Source: Acidobacteriota bacterium
GTDB lineage: Bacteria; Acidobacteriota; UBA6911; RPQK01; JAJDTT01
Direction: 5' to 3'
Assembly: GCA_965263035.1 (NCBI GenBank)
Contig: OZ253580.1
Location: 2,752,001 to 2,816,000, forward strand
Length of the DNA: 64,000 nt
Below are positions 1-11,919 of the stretch, in pieces. Numbering within the stretch: position 1 is the first letter of the stretch; each line of letters begins with the position of its first letter. The translations under genes were made by a program, and so were the position numbers. The notes below the pieces were generated by a model. That model saw only the letters and a list, made by a program, of their open reading frames with translations, made no database searches and was not told the DNA's origin.

Positions 1-98
1 GGTCCATCAAGTTGGGTCGAGACAACGGTGTCGTCGCCGTGGTCAAGGAAGGGCTGTCGGAGGGAGAGGAGGTCGCCAATGTGCCGGATGCCGGGTAA
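1..98 (+). CDS. 3' end of a probable efflux RND/MacA-type periplasmic adaptor (partial)
   Basis: Frame from nt 3 reads SIKLGRDNGVVAVVKEGLSEGEEVANVPDAG-TAA, a typical adaptor C-terminal GL..GE.V motif; runs off the window edge. Confidence 0.6.
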   Translation, partial: SIKLGRDNGVVAVVKEGLSEGEEVANVPDAG

Positions 99-279
99 GG
101 AATTCGATCCCTGCCGACAACAACGGGAAGCCAACAAGCCCCCTCCGCACCGCACGGACCCTACAGGATGGGGGTTCGCTACAAGATCCAACGTTCAGCG
201 ATTCTACCGACCTACTCGCGATGGCCCCCAAGCGGTGCCATATTATAGGGTAGCGCGAGCAAGAACGCGTATCGATTTC

Positions 280-2538
280 ATGAAATACCTGCCCGGCCTG
301 CTACTGCTTTCCTGCGCGATGGCTTCAGGAGAACCTCTCCATTGCGACTTCACGGACTACCGGCCCCTGGAGGGCCTGGAGGCCGAGAGCGTCGACGGAG
401 ACGTGGTCTTTGAATGGACAGGCTCCGAAGCGCCGGTGCAAGCCGGTGCCGGAACCTCAGCCGGGCAGCTCCGGGCAAGGTTCGGCCTGGAGGGCGCCCA
501 GCCGGTCATACGGCAAATGGCCGCACTGTCCAGGGCGGGGCATTGGGCACCGCTCGTGCAAGACGCCCGCCCACAGTTCCATGTAGCGGAGGGAAAGCGC
601 CGCATTTCCTACCAGCAGTTGCGGCCGATGCAGGACCTGGGCCGCGAGGCCACGCCTGAAGTCGTGGAGCAAGAGAAATGGAAGGTCTTCTGGGACGCGC
701 CGCTGAATCTGCCAGGTCTCGAAGGCGTGAACCCCGGGCTCCCCAGGGATCCCTCGGAGGTGACGCGCAGCGAGGTCCAATACAGCGTCAAAGGGTGCCG
801 GGTGCGCCGGGATGGTGTGCGGCTCGAGATTTCGTTTGACGGTTTGACGTTGGGCTCGTTCGAAGGGAGCCTTCGATTCACCGTTTACAAAGGATCCAAC
901 CTGGTTCGCCAAGAGGCCGTGGCGGCGACAACCAAGCCATCGGTCGCGTACGTCTATCGCGCCGGGCTGGGCGGGCTGAAGAGCGATGACTACCGGCGTA
1001 TGCGCTGGAGGGACATCGCCAGGGACTGGCAGCACTATCGCTTCGGTGGTGGAGTCAATGAGGGGCCCGTTCCGCTTCGCGCGCGCAACCGAGTCGTCCT
1101 GCTCGAGCGGGAGCGCGGTGCGCTCGCGATCTTCCCCCCCTCTCACAAGTTCTTCTTCGCGCGTGAGATCGAGATGAATCTCGGGTACGTCTGGTACCGG
1201 CAGGGAGAGGAGGGGCGCTTCGACGTCGGTGTGCGCCAGGCCGAGCGGGAAGAGATGTTCCGCCCGTGGGGCGCTTCCAAGGAAATCTGGGAAAAGCGAG
1301 TGCGTCAATCGCGCGCCTTCGCGGAAGGCAACTTCGCTCTCTACAACGCTCCGCCGGGAACGCTGCAGCGGATGGCCGTCTATTACTACCTGGGACCGCG
1401 GGACGCGGAGTCCACCCTGAAAGAAGTGCTGGCCTACACTCATGGCGACAAGTACAAGCCGCTGGATGGCCATCAAGTGGCGGTCAGCCATTTCCATACG
1501 CACTTCGCCGAGCAGCTGGTTGACCTCGGGTCCCTTGACGCGAGGCCTCCGTGGGTTTCGGCATTCAAGGGCCTGGGGATCAACATCGCGATGATGTCGG
1601 ATTTTCATGGCGACGGCCACCCGGAGGACGAAGGTGAAGTCCGGTTCAGGGAACTTGCCGAGTACTTCGAGGCTTGTCGGCGCCACTCGGACAAGGATTT
1701 CCTGCTGCTGCCCGGCGAGGAGCCGAACGTGCATTTTGGCGGGCACTACACGCTTGTGTTCCCGAGGCCGGTTTATTGGTCCAAGGTGCGCGGGTCCGAT
1801 CAAGCGTTCCAGGCAAGCCACCCAGAATACGGGACAGTTTACCGCGTGGGCTCGGCGGGCGAGATGCTCTCGATGCTCGAAACGGAGAAAGGCCTGCTTT
1901 GGCAGGCGCACCCGCGCACCAAGGGTTCGACGTTCTATCCCGATGTCGTGCGGGAGGCGCCCCACTTTCTCAGCGACCGCTATCTGGGGGGAGCCTTCCA
2001 ATCCCTTCCGGCGGACCTGTCGAAGCCGAGGATCTGCGAGGAACGGTGCTTCGGAACCCTCGACGACATGAACAATTGGGCGGGGCCAAAGTACATGATT
2101 GCGGAGGGCGATACGTACACGAAGTATCCCGAGGACGAGATCTATCCGCACTTGATCGTCAACTATGTGCGGTTGAGCGAGTTGCCCGCATTCGACGAGG
2201 GCTGGAGCCCTATCACCGAGGCAATGAGGCGGGGAGAGTTCTTCGTCTCGACAGGGGAGGTCTTGATCCCGTCCCACGAGGTTGAAGGATTCGAGGACCG
2301 CAAGACGTTTGTCGCCGAGGTCGAATGGACATTCCCGCTTGAGTTCGTAGAACTCGTGTGGGGCGACGGCAAAGCGACTGGCAGGCAGGTGCTGCCGACA
2401 ACTGACCTTGGTTCGTTCGGTCGCAATACATTCCGGATGGAATTCGATTCGCCGGGCAAGAAGTGGGTGCGGTTTGCTGCCTGGGATTCGGCCGGCAACG
2501 GGGCGTTCACCCAGCCCATCCACCTGTCGGGACGGTGA
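280..2538 (+). CDS. Secreted hypothetical protein with C-terminal PHP-like metallohydrolase motifs
   Basis: ATG 280 gives signal-like MKYLPGLLLLSCAMASG; motifs HFHTHF, MSDFHGD, GEEPN..GGHY, QAHP resemble PHP-fold metal ligands (inference). Confidence 0.6.
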   Translation: MKYLPGLLLLSCAMASGEPLHCDFTDYRPLEGLEAESVDGDVVFEWTGSEAPVQAGAGTSAGQLRARFGLEGAQPVIRQMAALSRAGHWAPLVQDARPQFHVAEGKRRISYQQLRPMQDLGREATPEVVEQEKWKVFWDAPLNLPGLEGVNPGLPRDPSEVTRSEVQYSVKGCRVRRDGVRLEISFDGLTLGSFEGSLRFTVYKGSNLVRQEAVAATTKPSVAYVYRAGLGGLKSDDYRRMRWRDIARDWQHYRFGGGVNEGPVPLRARNRVVLLERERGALAIFPPSHKFFFAREIEMNLGYVWYRQGEEGRFDVGVRQAEREEMFRPWGASKEIWEKRVRQSRAFAEGNFALYNAPPGTLQRMAVYYYLGPRDAESTLKEVLAYTHGDKYKPLDGHQVAVSHFHTHFAEQLVDLGSLDARPPWVSAFKGLGINIAMMSDFHGDGHPEDEGEVRFRELAEYFEACRRHSDKDFLLLPGEEPNVHFGGHYTLVFPRPVYWSKVRGSDQAFQASHPEYGTVYRVGSAGEMLSMLETEKGLLWQAHPRTKGSTFYPDVVREAPHFLSDRYLGGAFQSLPADLSKPRICEERCFGTLDDMNNWAGPKYMIAEGDTYTKYPEDEIYPHLIVNYVRLSELPAFDEGWSPITEAMRRGEFFVSTGEVLIPSHEVEGFEDRKTFVAEVEWTFPLEFVELVWGDGKATGRQVLPTTDLGSFGRNTFRMEFDSPGKKWVRFAAWDSAGNGAFTQPIHLSGR

Positions 2539-2556
2539 GGGCGCAAGCTGCTTTAC

Positions 2557-2714
2557 CAGCCCGTGGCAAAAGTCGTCACGGCATTCGACCGTCCCTGCAT
2601 CCCGGCGGACTGCGTTGCGATTCGGGCACATACTCCCGGTATGCACCCGAATCGCGCCTTGTCCGGCGGCCGCAGGAACGGTCTCGGTGCTCGCGGGACT
2701 TTCACCACGGGCTG
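2557..2714 (+). mobile_element. MITE-A copy 1 (158 bp)
   Basis: CAGCCCGTGGCAAAAGTC...GACTTTCACCACGGGCTG termini; flanks TTAC/GTAC; homologous to 9 other copies. Confidence 0.9.
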
Positions 2715-2758
2715 GTACGATGGGCATTCATGTCCGTTCCCGGGGCGCCGGAGGGCCG

Positions 2759-4063
2759 ATGAAGAAAGTCTACCTGGCACTGTCGCTGCTGGTCGTCGCG
2801 GCGGGCGTCGCTTCCCATTTCCGGGACCTGGGCAGACAGTGGTTGGCCACCCTGATGGAGCCGCGGGAAAACGAACCCGTACCCCTGATGCGGGTGACCC
2901 CCAGAAGCTATCGGATCCTGGTCCGAGCCGACGGCGAACTCACGGGACTGCAGATCACACCGGTTCATGCCCCCATGGTGAAGACCGGATCGCTGAAGGT
3001 GGCCTGGCTGGCCGATGAGGGCCAGATCGTCGAGAAAGGGGAAACGGTCGTCGTGTTCGACCAGACCGACGCGGTGTTGACCCTGAAGCAGAGCCACAAC
3101 ACCCTCGACACTCAGGATCACCTCATAGAGAAGCAGAAAATGGAGGCCCGGAGCCGGGCCGAGACGCTGAAGCGGGATCTCGAGAGCACGGAACTGGAAT
3201 TGGACTACACCCAGGACCAGATCCGGAAGGACGAACAGATCTTCTCCCGCTGGGAAATCCAGGAATCGATCGTGAGCGCCGTGTTGGCCCGATACAGAAA
3301 GGGCCATCTGAATCGTAAGGGAGAGGTGCAGCAGGATCTCTCCCAGGCCGGCATGCGCCTCCTCCAGGTCGACCGGAAAATGGCCGAGACGGAGATGAAG
3401 CTGGCCCGGGAGACCCTCTCCTCACTGGAGGCCAAGGCTCCGGTCGGCGGGGTCGTCCTCTACCAACGGAGTTGGACCGTTCTCGAAGTGGGCTCCGAGG
3501 TCTGGCCCGCACAGCCCTTGATGGAAATCGCCGATATGGACCGATTCCGGGGACGGTTGTTCGTCCCGGAGAACCAGATTCGGGGCGTGCAGATCGGCAA
3601 GAAGGTCCAGGTGCGACTCGATGCGTTTCCTGGGGAGAACTTCTCGGGAGAAATCGACAAGGTGGACAAGATCGCCCGCCAACGGCATCCGCGCGACCCC
3701 CGGAAATTCTTCCTCTGCGAAGCTCGTCTCGACGTCTTACCCGATTCCCTGGAAAAGCTGAACCCGGGCATGCGATTCTCCGCCGAGATCGAGTTGGGGG
3801 AAAAAAGCAACGCCGTCGTGATTCCCCGGAGCGCGGTCATCAAGAAGGATTCGGGTTTCGTGGTCTTCGTCAGGGAAGGCGACGAATACCTGGAGAAAAA
3901 AATCGAGATCGTGGACAGCGACTTCGGCTTCCACGTGGTCGAGGGCGTGGCTGCGGGGACCCGGATCTGCCTGCGCCACCCCCTGGAGGATCAGCGCCTC
4001 CACCTTCCCGACTTCAGCTCGCCCACGGCGGGCACGCAGCGGCGCCGTTTCGTCCCCTTCTGA
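2759..4063 (+). CDS. Efflux RND/MacA-family periplasmic adaptor subunit
   Basis: N-terminal anchor MKKVYLALSLLVV, lipoyl-like V.EGQ.V.KG motif, coiled coil, APVGGVV, PGM motifs; ATG 2759 after GGAGGG. Confidence 0.85.
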   Translation: MKKVYLALSLLVVAAGVASHFRDLGRQWLATLMEPRENEPVPLMRVTPRSYRILVRADGELTGLQITPVHAPMVKTGSLKVAWLADEGQIVEKGETVVVFDQTDAVLTLKQSHNTLDTQDHLIEKQKMEARSRAETLKRDLESTELELDYTQDQIRKDEQIFSRWEIQESIVSAVLARYRKGHLNRKGEVQQDLSQAGMRLLQVDRKMAETEMKLARETLSSLEAKAPVGGVVLYQRSWTVLEVGSEVWPAQPLMEIADMDRFRGRLFVPENQIRGVQIGKKVQVRLDAFPGENFSGEIDKVDKIARQRHPRDPRKFFLCEARLDVLPDSLEKLNPGMRFSAEIELGEKSNAVVIPRSAVIKKDSGFVVFVREGDEYLEKKIEIVDSDFGFHVVEGVAAGTRICLRHPLEDQRLHLPDFSSPTAGTQRRRFVPF

Positions 4064-4067
4064 GCGC

Positions 4068-5303
4068 ATGTTCTTCGCCGAGTCGGTCAAGATCGCCCTT
4101 TCCAACTTGGTGCTGCACAAGCTCCGCACGTCGCTGACCATGCTGGGCATGATCTTCGGGGTGGCCGCCGTCCTGTCGATGCTCTCCATCGGGGCCGGAG
4201 CCGGACGTGAAGCTCTGTCTCTGATCCGGAAGATGGGGCTGCGAAACATCCTGATCCGGGCCAAGGCATTCGAGGAAGAGGAACTCAGAATCATCCGTCA
4301 GGACTCTCCCGGCCTGACCCGCCACGATCTGGTGGCCCTGAAGCAGGTGCTTCCGGACGGAACCCGAATCAATGCCAAGAAGGAACACAAGACCTACCAG
4401 ATCGCTTCGGCGCTGGGGAGAGGGGATTCACGGCTCATCGGCGTGGACCCCGGATACCCTCTCGCCGCCAATCTGAAATTGGTGGAAGGCTCTTTCTTTC
4501 TGCCCACGGACGGCCTCCGGCACCATCAGGTCTGCGTCCTGGGAAAGACGGCGCGCCGCAAGCTCTTCGGTCTGAATCCGGCGCTGGGAGAACAGGTGAA
4601 GATCGATGCGCTCTGGTTCACCGTGGTGGGAGTCCTGGCCGATCAACTGCTGGAAAAGGATGAGTTCGAAGGCGTCAAGATCGAGAGCGTGAACAACGAC
4701 ATCTACGTCCCATTGGAGACCCTTCTGGCCAAATACGAACGGAAACCGGTGGAGAACGAGCTGGATGAGATCATCGTCGAGCTCCCCCAGGACCAGGACC
4801 TTTCCGAGCAGGCGGTCGTGATCTCCGGCATGATTGGAAGCACCCACCGGAACATCGACGACTTCTCCATCGTGGTGCCGGAGCGCCTGTTGGAACAGAG
4901 CCGCCGGACCCAGCGGATCTTCAACCTGGTCATGGGCGCCATCGCCTCAATCTCCCTTCTGGTCGGAGGAATCGGGATCATGAACATCATGCTGGCCTCG
5001 GTTCTGGAACGGACCAACGAAATCGGCCTGCGCCGGGCGGTCGGCGCTCGCCGCCGGGACATCAGCCGGCAGTTCCTGCTGGAAGCCCTGACCATCAGCC
5101 TGAGCGGCGCGGCCCTGGGCGTCCTGCTGGGCTCCTCAATCTCCAGCCTGGTCTCCACCTATGCCGGTTGGCCGACGACGATCACCGGCGTATCCGTCCT
5201 GCTGGCGGTCGGGGTCTCGGCAACCGTGGGACTGGTCTTCGGAATCTACCCTGCGCGAAAGGCTTCCCGCGTCTCTCCCATCGAAGCCCTTCGCTACGAG
5301 TAG
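4068..5303 (+). CDS. ABC transporter permease, MacB/FtsX family
   Basis: [15 protein letters not shown] and [28 protein letters not shown] signatures. Confidence 0.92.
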   Translation: MFFAESVKIALSNLVLHKLRTSLTMLGMIFGVAAVLSMLSIGAGAGREALSLIRKMGLRNILIRAKAFEEEELRIIRQDSPGLTRHDLVALKQVLPDGTRINAKKEHKTYQIASALGRGDSRLIGVDPGYPLAANLKLVEGSFFLPTDGLRHHQVCVLGKTARRKLFGLNPALGEQVKIDALWFTVVGVLADQLLEKDEFEGVKIESVNNDIYVPLETLLAKYERKPVENELDEIIVELPQDQDLSEQAVVISGMIGSTHRNIDDFSIVVPERLLEQSRRTQRIFNLVMGAIASISLLVGGIGIMNIMLASVLERTNEIGLRRAVGARRRDISRQFLLEALTISLSGAALGVLLGSSISSLVSTYAGWPTTITGVSVLLAVGVSATVGLVFGIYPARKASRVSPIEALRYE

Positions 5304-5328
5304 AGCTCCCATCCGCAAAGGCTCTGAA

Positions 5329-6147
5329 GTGGCAACGACAAACCGAGATCGAACTCCCAAGGTCCTGATTCGAGCCGTCGACCTTTGGAAGAGCTATCGG
5401 ATGGGGACGGAGACGATCCATGCTCTGAGACAACTCAGCTTCCAGGTCGAAAAAAATGAGTACGTGGCCATCATGGGTCCGTCCGGCTCCGGCAAGTCCA
5501 CTTTGATGAACGTCATCGGCTGTCTGGACACCCCAACCCGTGGACGGTACTTCCTTCACGAGAAACTGGTCAGCGAGATGGACGACGACGAGTTGGCCCA
5601 GGTCCGGAACCAGGAAATCGGCTTCGTCTTCCAGACCTTCAACCTGCTGGCGAGGGCTTCAGCCTACCAGAACATCGAACTGCCGCTCATCTACAGTCGA
5701 TTGCCGAGCGCACGGCGCCGTTCCAGAACCCGTGAGGTCCTGGCTCAGGTCGAACTGGAAGATCGGGCCAACCACCGACCCAACGAATTGTCCGGGGGCC
5801 AGCGTCAGCGGGTAGCGATCGGGCGGGCTCTCGTCAACCGTCCGTCGATCCTGTTGGCCGACGAGCCGACCGGCAACCTGGACTCACGCACGGGCCGGGA
5901 GATCTTGAACCTCTTCGATGCCCTGCACCGAAATGGCAACACCATCGTTCTGGTCACTCATGACCCCGGCATCGCCGACCGCGCCCATCGCGTGATCGAG
6001 TTGCTGGACGGCAAGATCACTCGGGACGAGAAGCTGCGCGGCCGGGACGGAGCGAGATCAGTCCGTGGTGAAAGTCCCGCGAGCACCGAGACCGGGGCTG
6101 CGCCCGCCGGACAAGGCGCTCTGAGGGAGCATACCGGGAGTATGTGA
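5329..6147 (+). CDS. ABC transporter ATP-binding protein (MacB/LolD-like), C-terminus extended by MITE-A
   Basis: Walker [30 protein letters not shown]; start GTG 5329 inferred; last about 28 aa encoded by the repeat. Confidence 0.9.
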   Translation: MATTNRDRTPKVLIRAVDLWKSYRMGTETIHALRQLSFQVEKNEYVAIMGPSGSGKSTLMNVIGCLDTPTRGRYFLHEKLVSEMDDDELAQVRNQEIGFVFQTFNLLARASAYQNIELPLIYSRLPSARRRSRTREVLAQVELEDRANHRPNELSGGQRQRVAIGRALVNRPSILLADEPTGNLDSRTGREILNLFDALHRNGNTIVLVTHDPGIADRAHRVIELLDGKITRDEKLRGRDGARSVRGESPASTETGAAPAGQGALREHTGSM

Positions 6148-6217
6148 CCGAGGAGCAACGCAGTCCGCGCACGATGCAGACCCGGTCGAATGCCGTGGCG
6201 ACTTTTACCACGGGCTG
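6059..6217 (-). mobile_element. MITE-A copy 2 (159 bp)
   Basis: Reverse orientation CAGTCCGTGGTGAAAGTC...GACTTTTACCACGGGCTG; flanks AGAT/ATAT. Confidence 0.9.
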
Positions 6218-6235
6218 ATATGAACCGGCTCCGGA

Positions 6236-7246
6236 TCAGAACATCCCGGTTCGCCACAGATCATGGATGTGGACGATACCCACCAGCCTTCCGTCGGCGT
6301 CCGGCACCAGCAGTGAGGTGATTTTCTTTCTCTCCATCAGGTGCAGCGCTTTGGTGGCCAGCTGATCGTCTCCGATGGTGACAGGATTCGGGGTCATGCA
6401 CTCGGCGGCTGTGCAGCCGAGGATCGATGCGCCTCGACTCTGAAGCATACGGCGCAAGTCACCGTCCGAAATGACTCCCACGAGCCTGTCGTCTTCCGCC
6501 ACGATCCCGGCGATGCCCAGTCCCTTGCGGCTGATCTCGTCGATCACCTCCTTCATGGAAGTGGACCATGTGGCCTTGGGGATCTCGTCCCCCCGGTGCA
6601 TGAGATCGGATACCAGAATCAACTGGTTGCCCAGTCCCCCGCCCGGATGGAGCCGCGCGAAGTCCCGGGGCCGCAGTCCCTTTCGCTCCGAGAGGGCGAC
6701 GGCCAGAGCATCCCCCAGGGCCAGGGCAGCGGTAGTGGACGCCGTCGGGGCCAGACCGAGAGCGCATGCCTCCCGATCCACACCCACGTTCAGGACCACG
6801 TCCGAGTACTGGGCGAGGGTGGACTCCGTTTCCCCGACCAATCCGATGATGGGGACCCCAAGCCGCTTGAGAGTGGGCAGCAGACGGACCAGTTCGTGGG
6901 TCTCGCCGCTGTTGGAGACGGCCAGGACCAGATCTCTATCGGCCAACATGCCCAGATCTCCGTGGATGGCGTCGGCGGGATGGACGAACAGGGCGGGAGT
7001 TCCGGTGCTGGAGAGGGTCGCGGCGATCTTCCGGCCGATGATCCCCGATTTCCCCATGCCGGTGAGGACCACGCGCCCGGTGCAGGAAATCAGCAACTCG
7101 ATGGCTTGGTCGAAGCGATGGTCGAGACGGGAAATGAGAGCCGCGACCGCCTCGGCCTCCGTCTCCAGGACTCTCCGGGCCGTCTCCCTGGACCGGCTGG
7201 TCCCGGCATTTCGACTCGGTACGGTCTCAGCTTGCACTACCGTCAT
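6236..7246 (-). CDS. kdsD: Arabinose-5-phosphate isomerase KpsF/GutQ family
   Basis: GMGKSG, STGTPA, HGDLG, HPGG SIS motifs plus a CBS pair; in kds operon. Confidence 0.93.
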   Translation of the reverse strand: MTVVQAETVPSRNAGTSRSRETARRVLETEAEAVAALISRLDHRFDQAIELLISCTGRVVLTGMGKSGIIGRKIAATLSSTGTPALFVHPADAIHGDLGMLADRDLVLAVSNSGETHELVRLLPTLKRLGVPIIGLVGETESTLAQYSDVVLNVGVDREACALGLAPTASTTAALALGDALAVALSERKGLRPRDFARLHPGGGLGNQLILVSDLMHRGDEIPKATWSTSMKEVIDEISRKGLGIAGIVAEDDRLVGVISDGDLRRMLQSRGASILGCTAAECMTPNPVTIGDDQLATKALHLMERKKITSLLVPDADGRLVGIVHIHDLWRTGMF

Positions 7247-8093
7247 TCCCAGGTCTCGAGAGCCCGCCGCTGCTTTCCTTGGTCAGTGCGTCGAGCCGGC
7301 GAAGGTGGGTCAACATATCCTTCAGGAGATCGATCTGCAACGCGTTGGCGCCGTCGCTCAGGGCCCGCTTGGGGTCTGGATGCACCTCCATGAAGAGCCC
7401 GTCGATCCCCACAGCCACGGCGGCGCGCGCCAAATAGGGGATGAAGGCACTCTCCCCCGAGCTGGACCCGCCGGCGCCGCCGGGAAGCTGGACGCTATGG
7501 GTGGCGTCGAAGACCACCGGCACGCCCAGGTCTCTCAGCAGCGGGAGGGACCGGAAGTCGACGACCAGATTATTGTAACCGAAGCTGGTCCCCCGCTCGG
7601 TGACGAGCAGGTCCTGATTGCCCGTGCTTCGGGCCTTCTCGACCACGTGAACCAGATCTTCGGGCGCCAGAAACTGTCCCTTCTTGATGTTGACCGGCCT
7701 CCCCGTGGCGGCCGCCGCGACGATCAGATCGGTTTGACGACAGAGGAAAGCAGGAATCTGCAGGAGGTCCAGAACCTCCGCGGCCGGGCCCACTTGGGCC
7801 ACTTCATGCACGTCGGACGTGACCGCAAGACCCAACTCACGGCGGATTCGTCCCAGGATCTCCAGCCCGCGGTCGAGTCCCGGGCCCCGGAAGGAGCGAA
7901 TGGAAGTCCGGTTGGCCTTGTCGTAGGAAGCCTTGAAGATGAAAGGGATGCCCAGAGTGGATGTGATTTCCCGGAGACGGCCGGCCAGGCCGAGGGCATG
8001 ATCTTCGCTCTCGATGACGCAGGGACCGGCGATGAGGAAGAAGGGTTGCCGGGCTCCGAGCCGCCATTTGCGGAAGTCCATCCGTCCGGACAC
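7227..8093 (-). CDS. kdsA: 3-deoxy-8-phosphooctulonate synthase
   Basis: [32 protein letters not shown] motifs; alternative start ATG 8081. Confidence 0.96.
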   Translation of the reverse strand: MSGRMDFRKWRLGARQPFFLIAGPCVIESEDHALGLAGRLREITSTLGIPFIFKASYDKANRTSIRSFRGPGLDRGLEILGRIRRELGLAVTSDVHEVAQVGPAAEVLDLLQIPAFLCRQTDLIVAAAATGRPVNIKKGQFLAPEDLVHVVEKARSTGNQDLLVTERGTSFGYNNLVVDFRSLPLLRDLGVPVVFDATHSVQLPGGAGGSSSGESAFIPYLARAAVAVGIDGLFMEVHPDPKRALSDGANALQIDLLKDMLTHLRRLDALTKESSGGLSRPGNDGSAS

Positions 8094-8207
8094 AGTGACT
8101 CCAGATCATAGCGCAAAGCGGGGAAAGAGAGGGGTCGCGCCAAACGTACGCACCGATGGTCAAGAACCAGGTTCGCGATATTGGCGCGCTCGACGGGAGA
8201 ACTCCGA

Positions 8208-9881
<1,674 letters not shown>

Positions 9882-9912
9882 CTAGGTTTCTGTGTCTCTG
9901 ACTTGGAATCAA

Positions 9913-10072
9913 CAGCCCGTGGCAAAAGTCGTGCACGGCATTCGACCGTCCCCGCATCGTGCGCGGACTGCGTTGCAACTCGGTCACATACTCCCGGTAT
10001 GCTCCCTCATCGCGCCTGGTCCGGTGGGCGCAGGAACGGTCTCGGTGCTCGCGGGACTTTCACCACGGACTG
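9913..10072 (+). mobile_element. MITE-A copy 3 (160 bp), inside the kdsB 3' end
   Basis: Same termini; flanks TCAA/TTAA; overlaps the last 29 codons and stop of kdsB. Confidence 0.9.
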
Positions 10073-10799
10073 TTAAAGAGCCATTTTCAAAGAAGGGTCT
10101 GACACGCTCCAGATCTTCTTCGGTATCGACACCAATGCTGTCCTCGTCCACCGTGGCGACCTGAATCGGAATGCGGTTCTCCAGAAACCGGAGCTGTTCC
10201 AGCTTCTCGATCTCCTCCAATGGAGAGGGGCGAAGCCGGGCCAGATTCAGGAGCAACCGTCGCCGGTAGCCATAAATGCCCAGATGCTTGAAGAAAGGGG
10301 CCTGTCCCTCCCGAGCGAAGGGGATCGGGGCCCGGGAGAAATACAGGGCCCGGCCCTCCGAGTCCGTGACCACCTTCACCACATGGGGATCCAAGGCAGC
10401 TTCCGGATCCGGGATGGGAACGCAAGCCGTGGCCACCTGAACCCCCGGATCTCCGTCGAAACAGGCACAGACCCGGTCGATGGTCGTGGGCGGGAGCGTC
10501 GGCTCGTCACACTGGAGATTGATGTAGACGTCCGCCTCGATCCCTTGGGCCACCTCCGCCACCCGCTCGGTGCCGCTACGATGCTTGTCCGAGGTCATGA
10601 CGGCGTTGCCGTCCCAGGAACGAACGGACCGAAAAATTCTCTCGTCGTCGGTGGCGACCAGGATCTGGTTCAGCCGAGTCGACTGCAGAGCGCGCAGATA
10701 GACCCATTGGACCAGGGTCTTTCCGCCGATTTCGAGGAGTGGTTTGCCCGGAAGGCGCTTGGAAGCATATCGGGCCGGAATGACCCCCACGAAGCGCAT
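9984..10799 (-). CDS. kdsB: 3-deoxy-manno-octulosonate cytidylyltransferase, repeat-derived C-terminus
   Basis: IPARYASKRLPGKPL, SGTER, ALYFSRAPIP, EKLEQLR, GVDT. Confidence 0.95.
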   Translation of the reverse strand: MRFVGVIPARYASKRLPGKPLLEIGGKTLVQWVYLRALQSTRLNQILVATDDERIFRSVRSWDGNAVMTSDKHRSGTERVAEVAQGIEADVYINLQCDEPTLPPTTIDRVCACFDGDPGVQVATACVPIPDPEAALDPHVVKVVTDSEGRALYFSRAPIPFAREGQAPFFKHLGIYGYRRRLLLNLARLRPSPLEEIEKLEQLRFLENRIPIQVATVDEDSIGVDTEEDLERVRPFFENGSLTVRGESPASTETVPAPTGPGAMREHTGSM

Positions 10800-10843
10800 A
10801 GGGCAAGGTATCCCAGCCGGCTTGCCCCAGGCAAGGAATCCAG

Positions 10844-11002
10844 CAGCCCGTGGTAAAAGTCGTCACGGCATTCGACCGTCCCCGCATCGTGCGCGGACTG
10901 CGTTGCAACTCGGTCACATACTCCCGGTATGCTCCCTCATCACGCTTGGTCCGGCGGGCGCAGGACCGGTCTCGGCGCTCGCGGGACTTTCACCACGGAC
11001 TG
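10844..11002 (+). mobile_element. MITE-A copy 4 (159 bp)
   Basis: Same termini; flanks CCAG/CTAG; abuts MITE-B. Confidence 0.9.
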
Positions 11003-11006
11003 CTAG

Positions 11007-11165
11007 GAGCCTGCGCGGCAGAGATTGATCTACTGCGAAAGCGGTAGAATCGGTCCATATTTCCTCGATTTCTCGGCGAATAGAACAACTATGCACCTCC
11101 AAATCGAGAAAATCCGGCCTCGATTCCCCACTTTCTCGCTACGATCATTTCTACCGCGCAGACTC
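11007..11165. mobile_element. MITE-B (159 bp), second miniature element family
   Basis: Imperfect TIR GAGCCTGCGCGGCAGA / TCTACCGCGCAGACTC, flanked by CTAG on both sides; AT-richer interior; same ends recur at 37637-37674. Confidence 0.75.
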
Positions 11166-11826
11166 CTAGTTCCCGATTGAAATCGCGCTTTCCGGTCCTT
11201 TCGAAGCGCTCGAAGATCTTGTCCACCCGCTCGGCAAATTCCAGAAGGCTGGCCTGCTGTCGCCGGAAGGGGACTCGATCCAAGGCCTGCTCCAGCTTCA
11301 CCAGATCCCGAGTGAAGGGTTGGTCCACCCGGAGCGGCGGCCGGATGGTGACCAGCATGGCATGGTCTTCGAGATCCATTCCCAAGCGCAGAAACTCGCG
11401 GATAGCCTCCTTGCTCCGCTCCGCCGAGTTGAGGTCCATGGTCTGCAGATCCAGGAGAAAGACGATAAATCCGCCGGGTGCGCGGACCCACTCCGGAAGG
11501 GAATCGGGAACCGCCGGAGTCTCGGCCGGTTCGCCGGCAAGCTCTCCGCGCTCCAATCGGAAGTACTGAATCTTCCGGGGCTTCCCGTCCGCCAGAACCT
11601 GGATTTCGTCCACCCTGAGATCGGCGACGAAACGGCCCTCCCTGTCCGTCGCCACCAGGTCCACCAGCACCAACTCCGACTCGGCGCGAAAACGGGGGGT
11701 CGCGTCCTGTTGTGGCGCGGCCTGCAGCATGGTCAGCGCGAACAGCTGCAGACTCACGACGATCCGTTGCCGCGAGCGGAGATTGTCCCTTTCTCGATAG
11801 ACCTTGTTCATAATGTCTGGAATCAC
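11089..11826 (-). pseudogene. Acidobacterial-type VWA-domain protein, probably truncated by MITE-B
   Basis: PRFRAESELVLVDLVATDREGRFVADL and IVFLLD motifs; the frame runs into MITE-B and stops there; no C-terminal half seen. Confidence 0.6.
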
Positions 11827-11919
11827 CCTGCCGGAACGTCTTGCCCGCGAGCGCTTCTCCGGCCAGGGTTGTCGACTGATCCGCCAGGGCCTTCCGAGGC
11901 TCAGCCCCTGGTTCAGGAG

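Noticed and set aside
130-200. Hairpin and CTAC motifs upstream of the first gene
   Set aside because: Too weak to call a REP or terminator
457-2727. Long antisense or alternative-frame ORFs (457-2727, 6471-8111, 14391-16379, 20620-22404 and similar)
   Set aside because: Shadows of well-supported genes in high-GC DNA with no recognisable motifs
8136-8188. Imperfect hairpin between pyrG and kdsA
   Set aside because: Single copy, no U tract, no recognisable riboswitch motif
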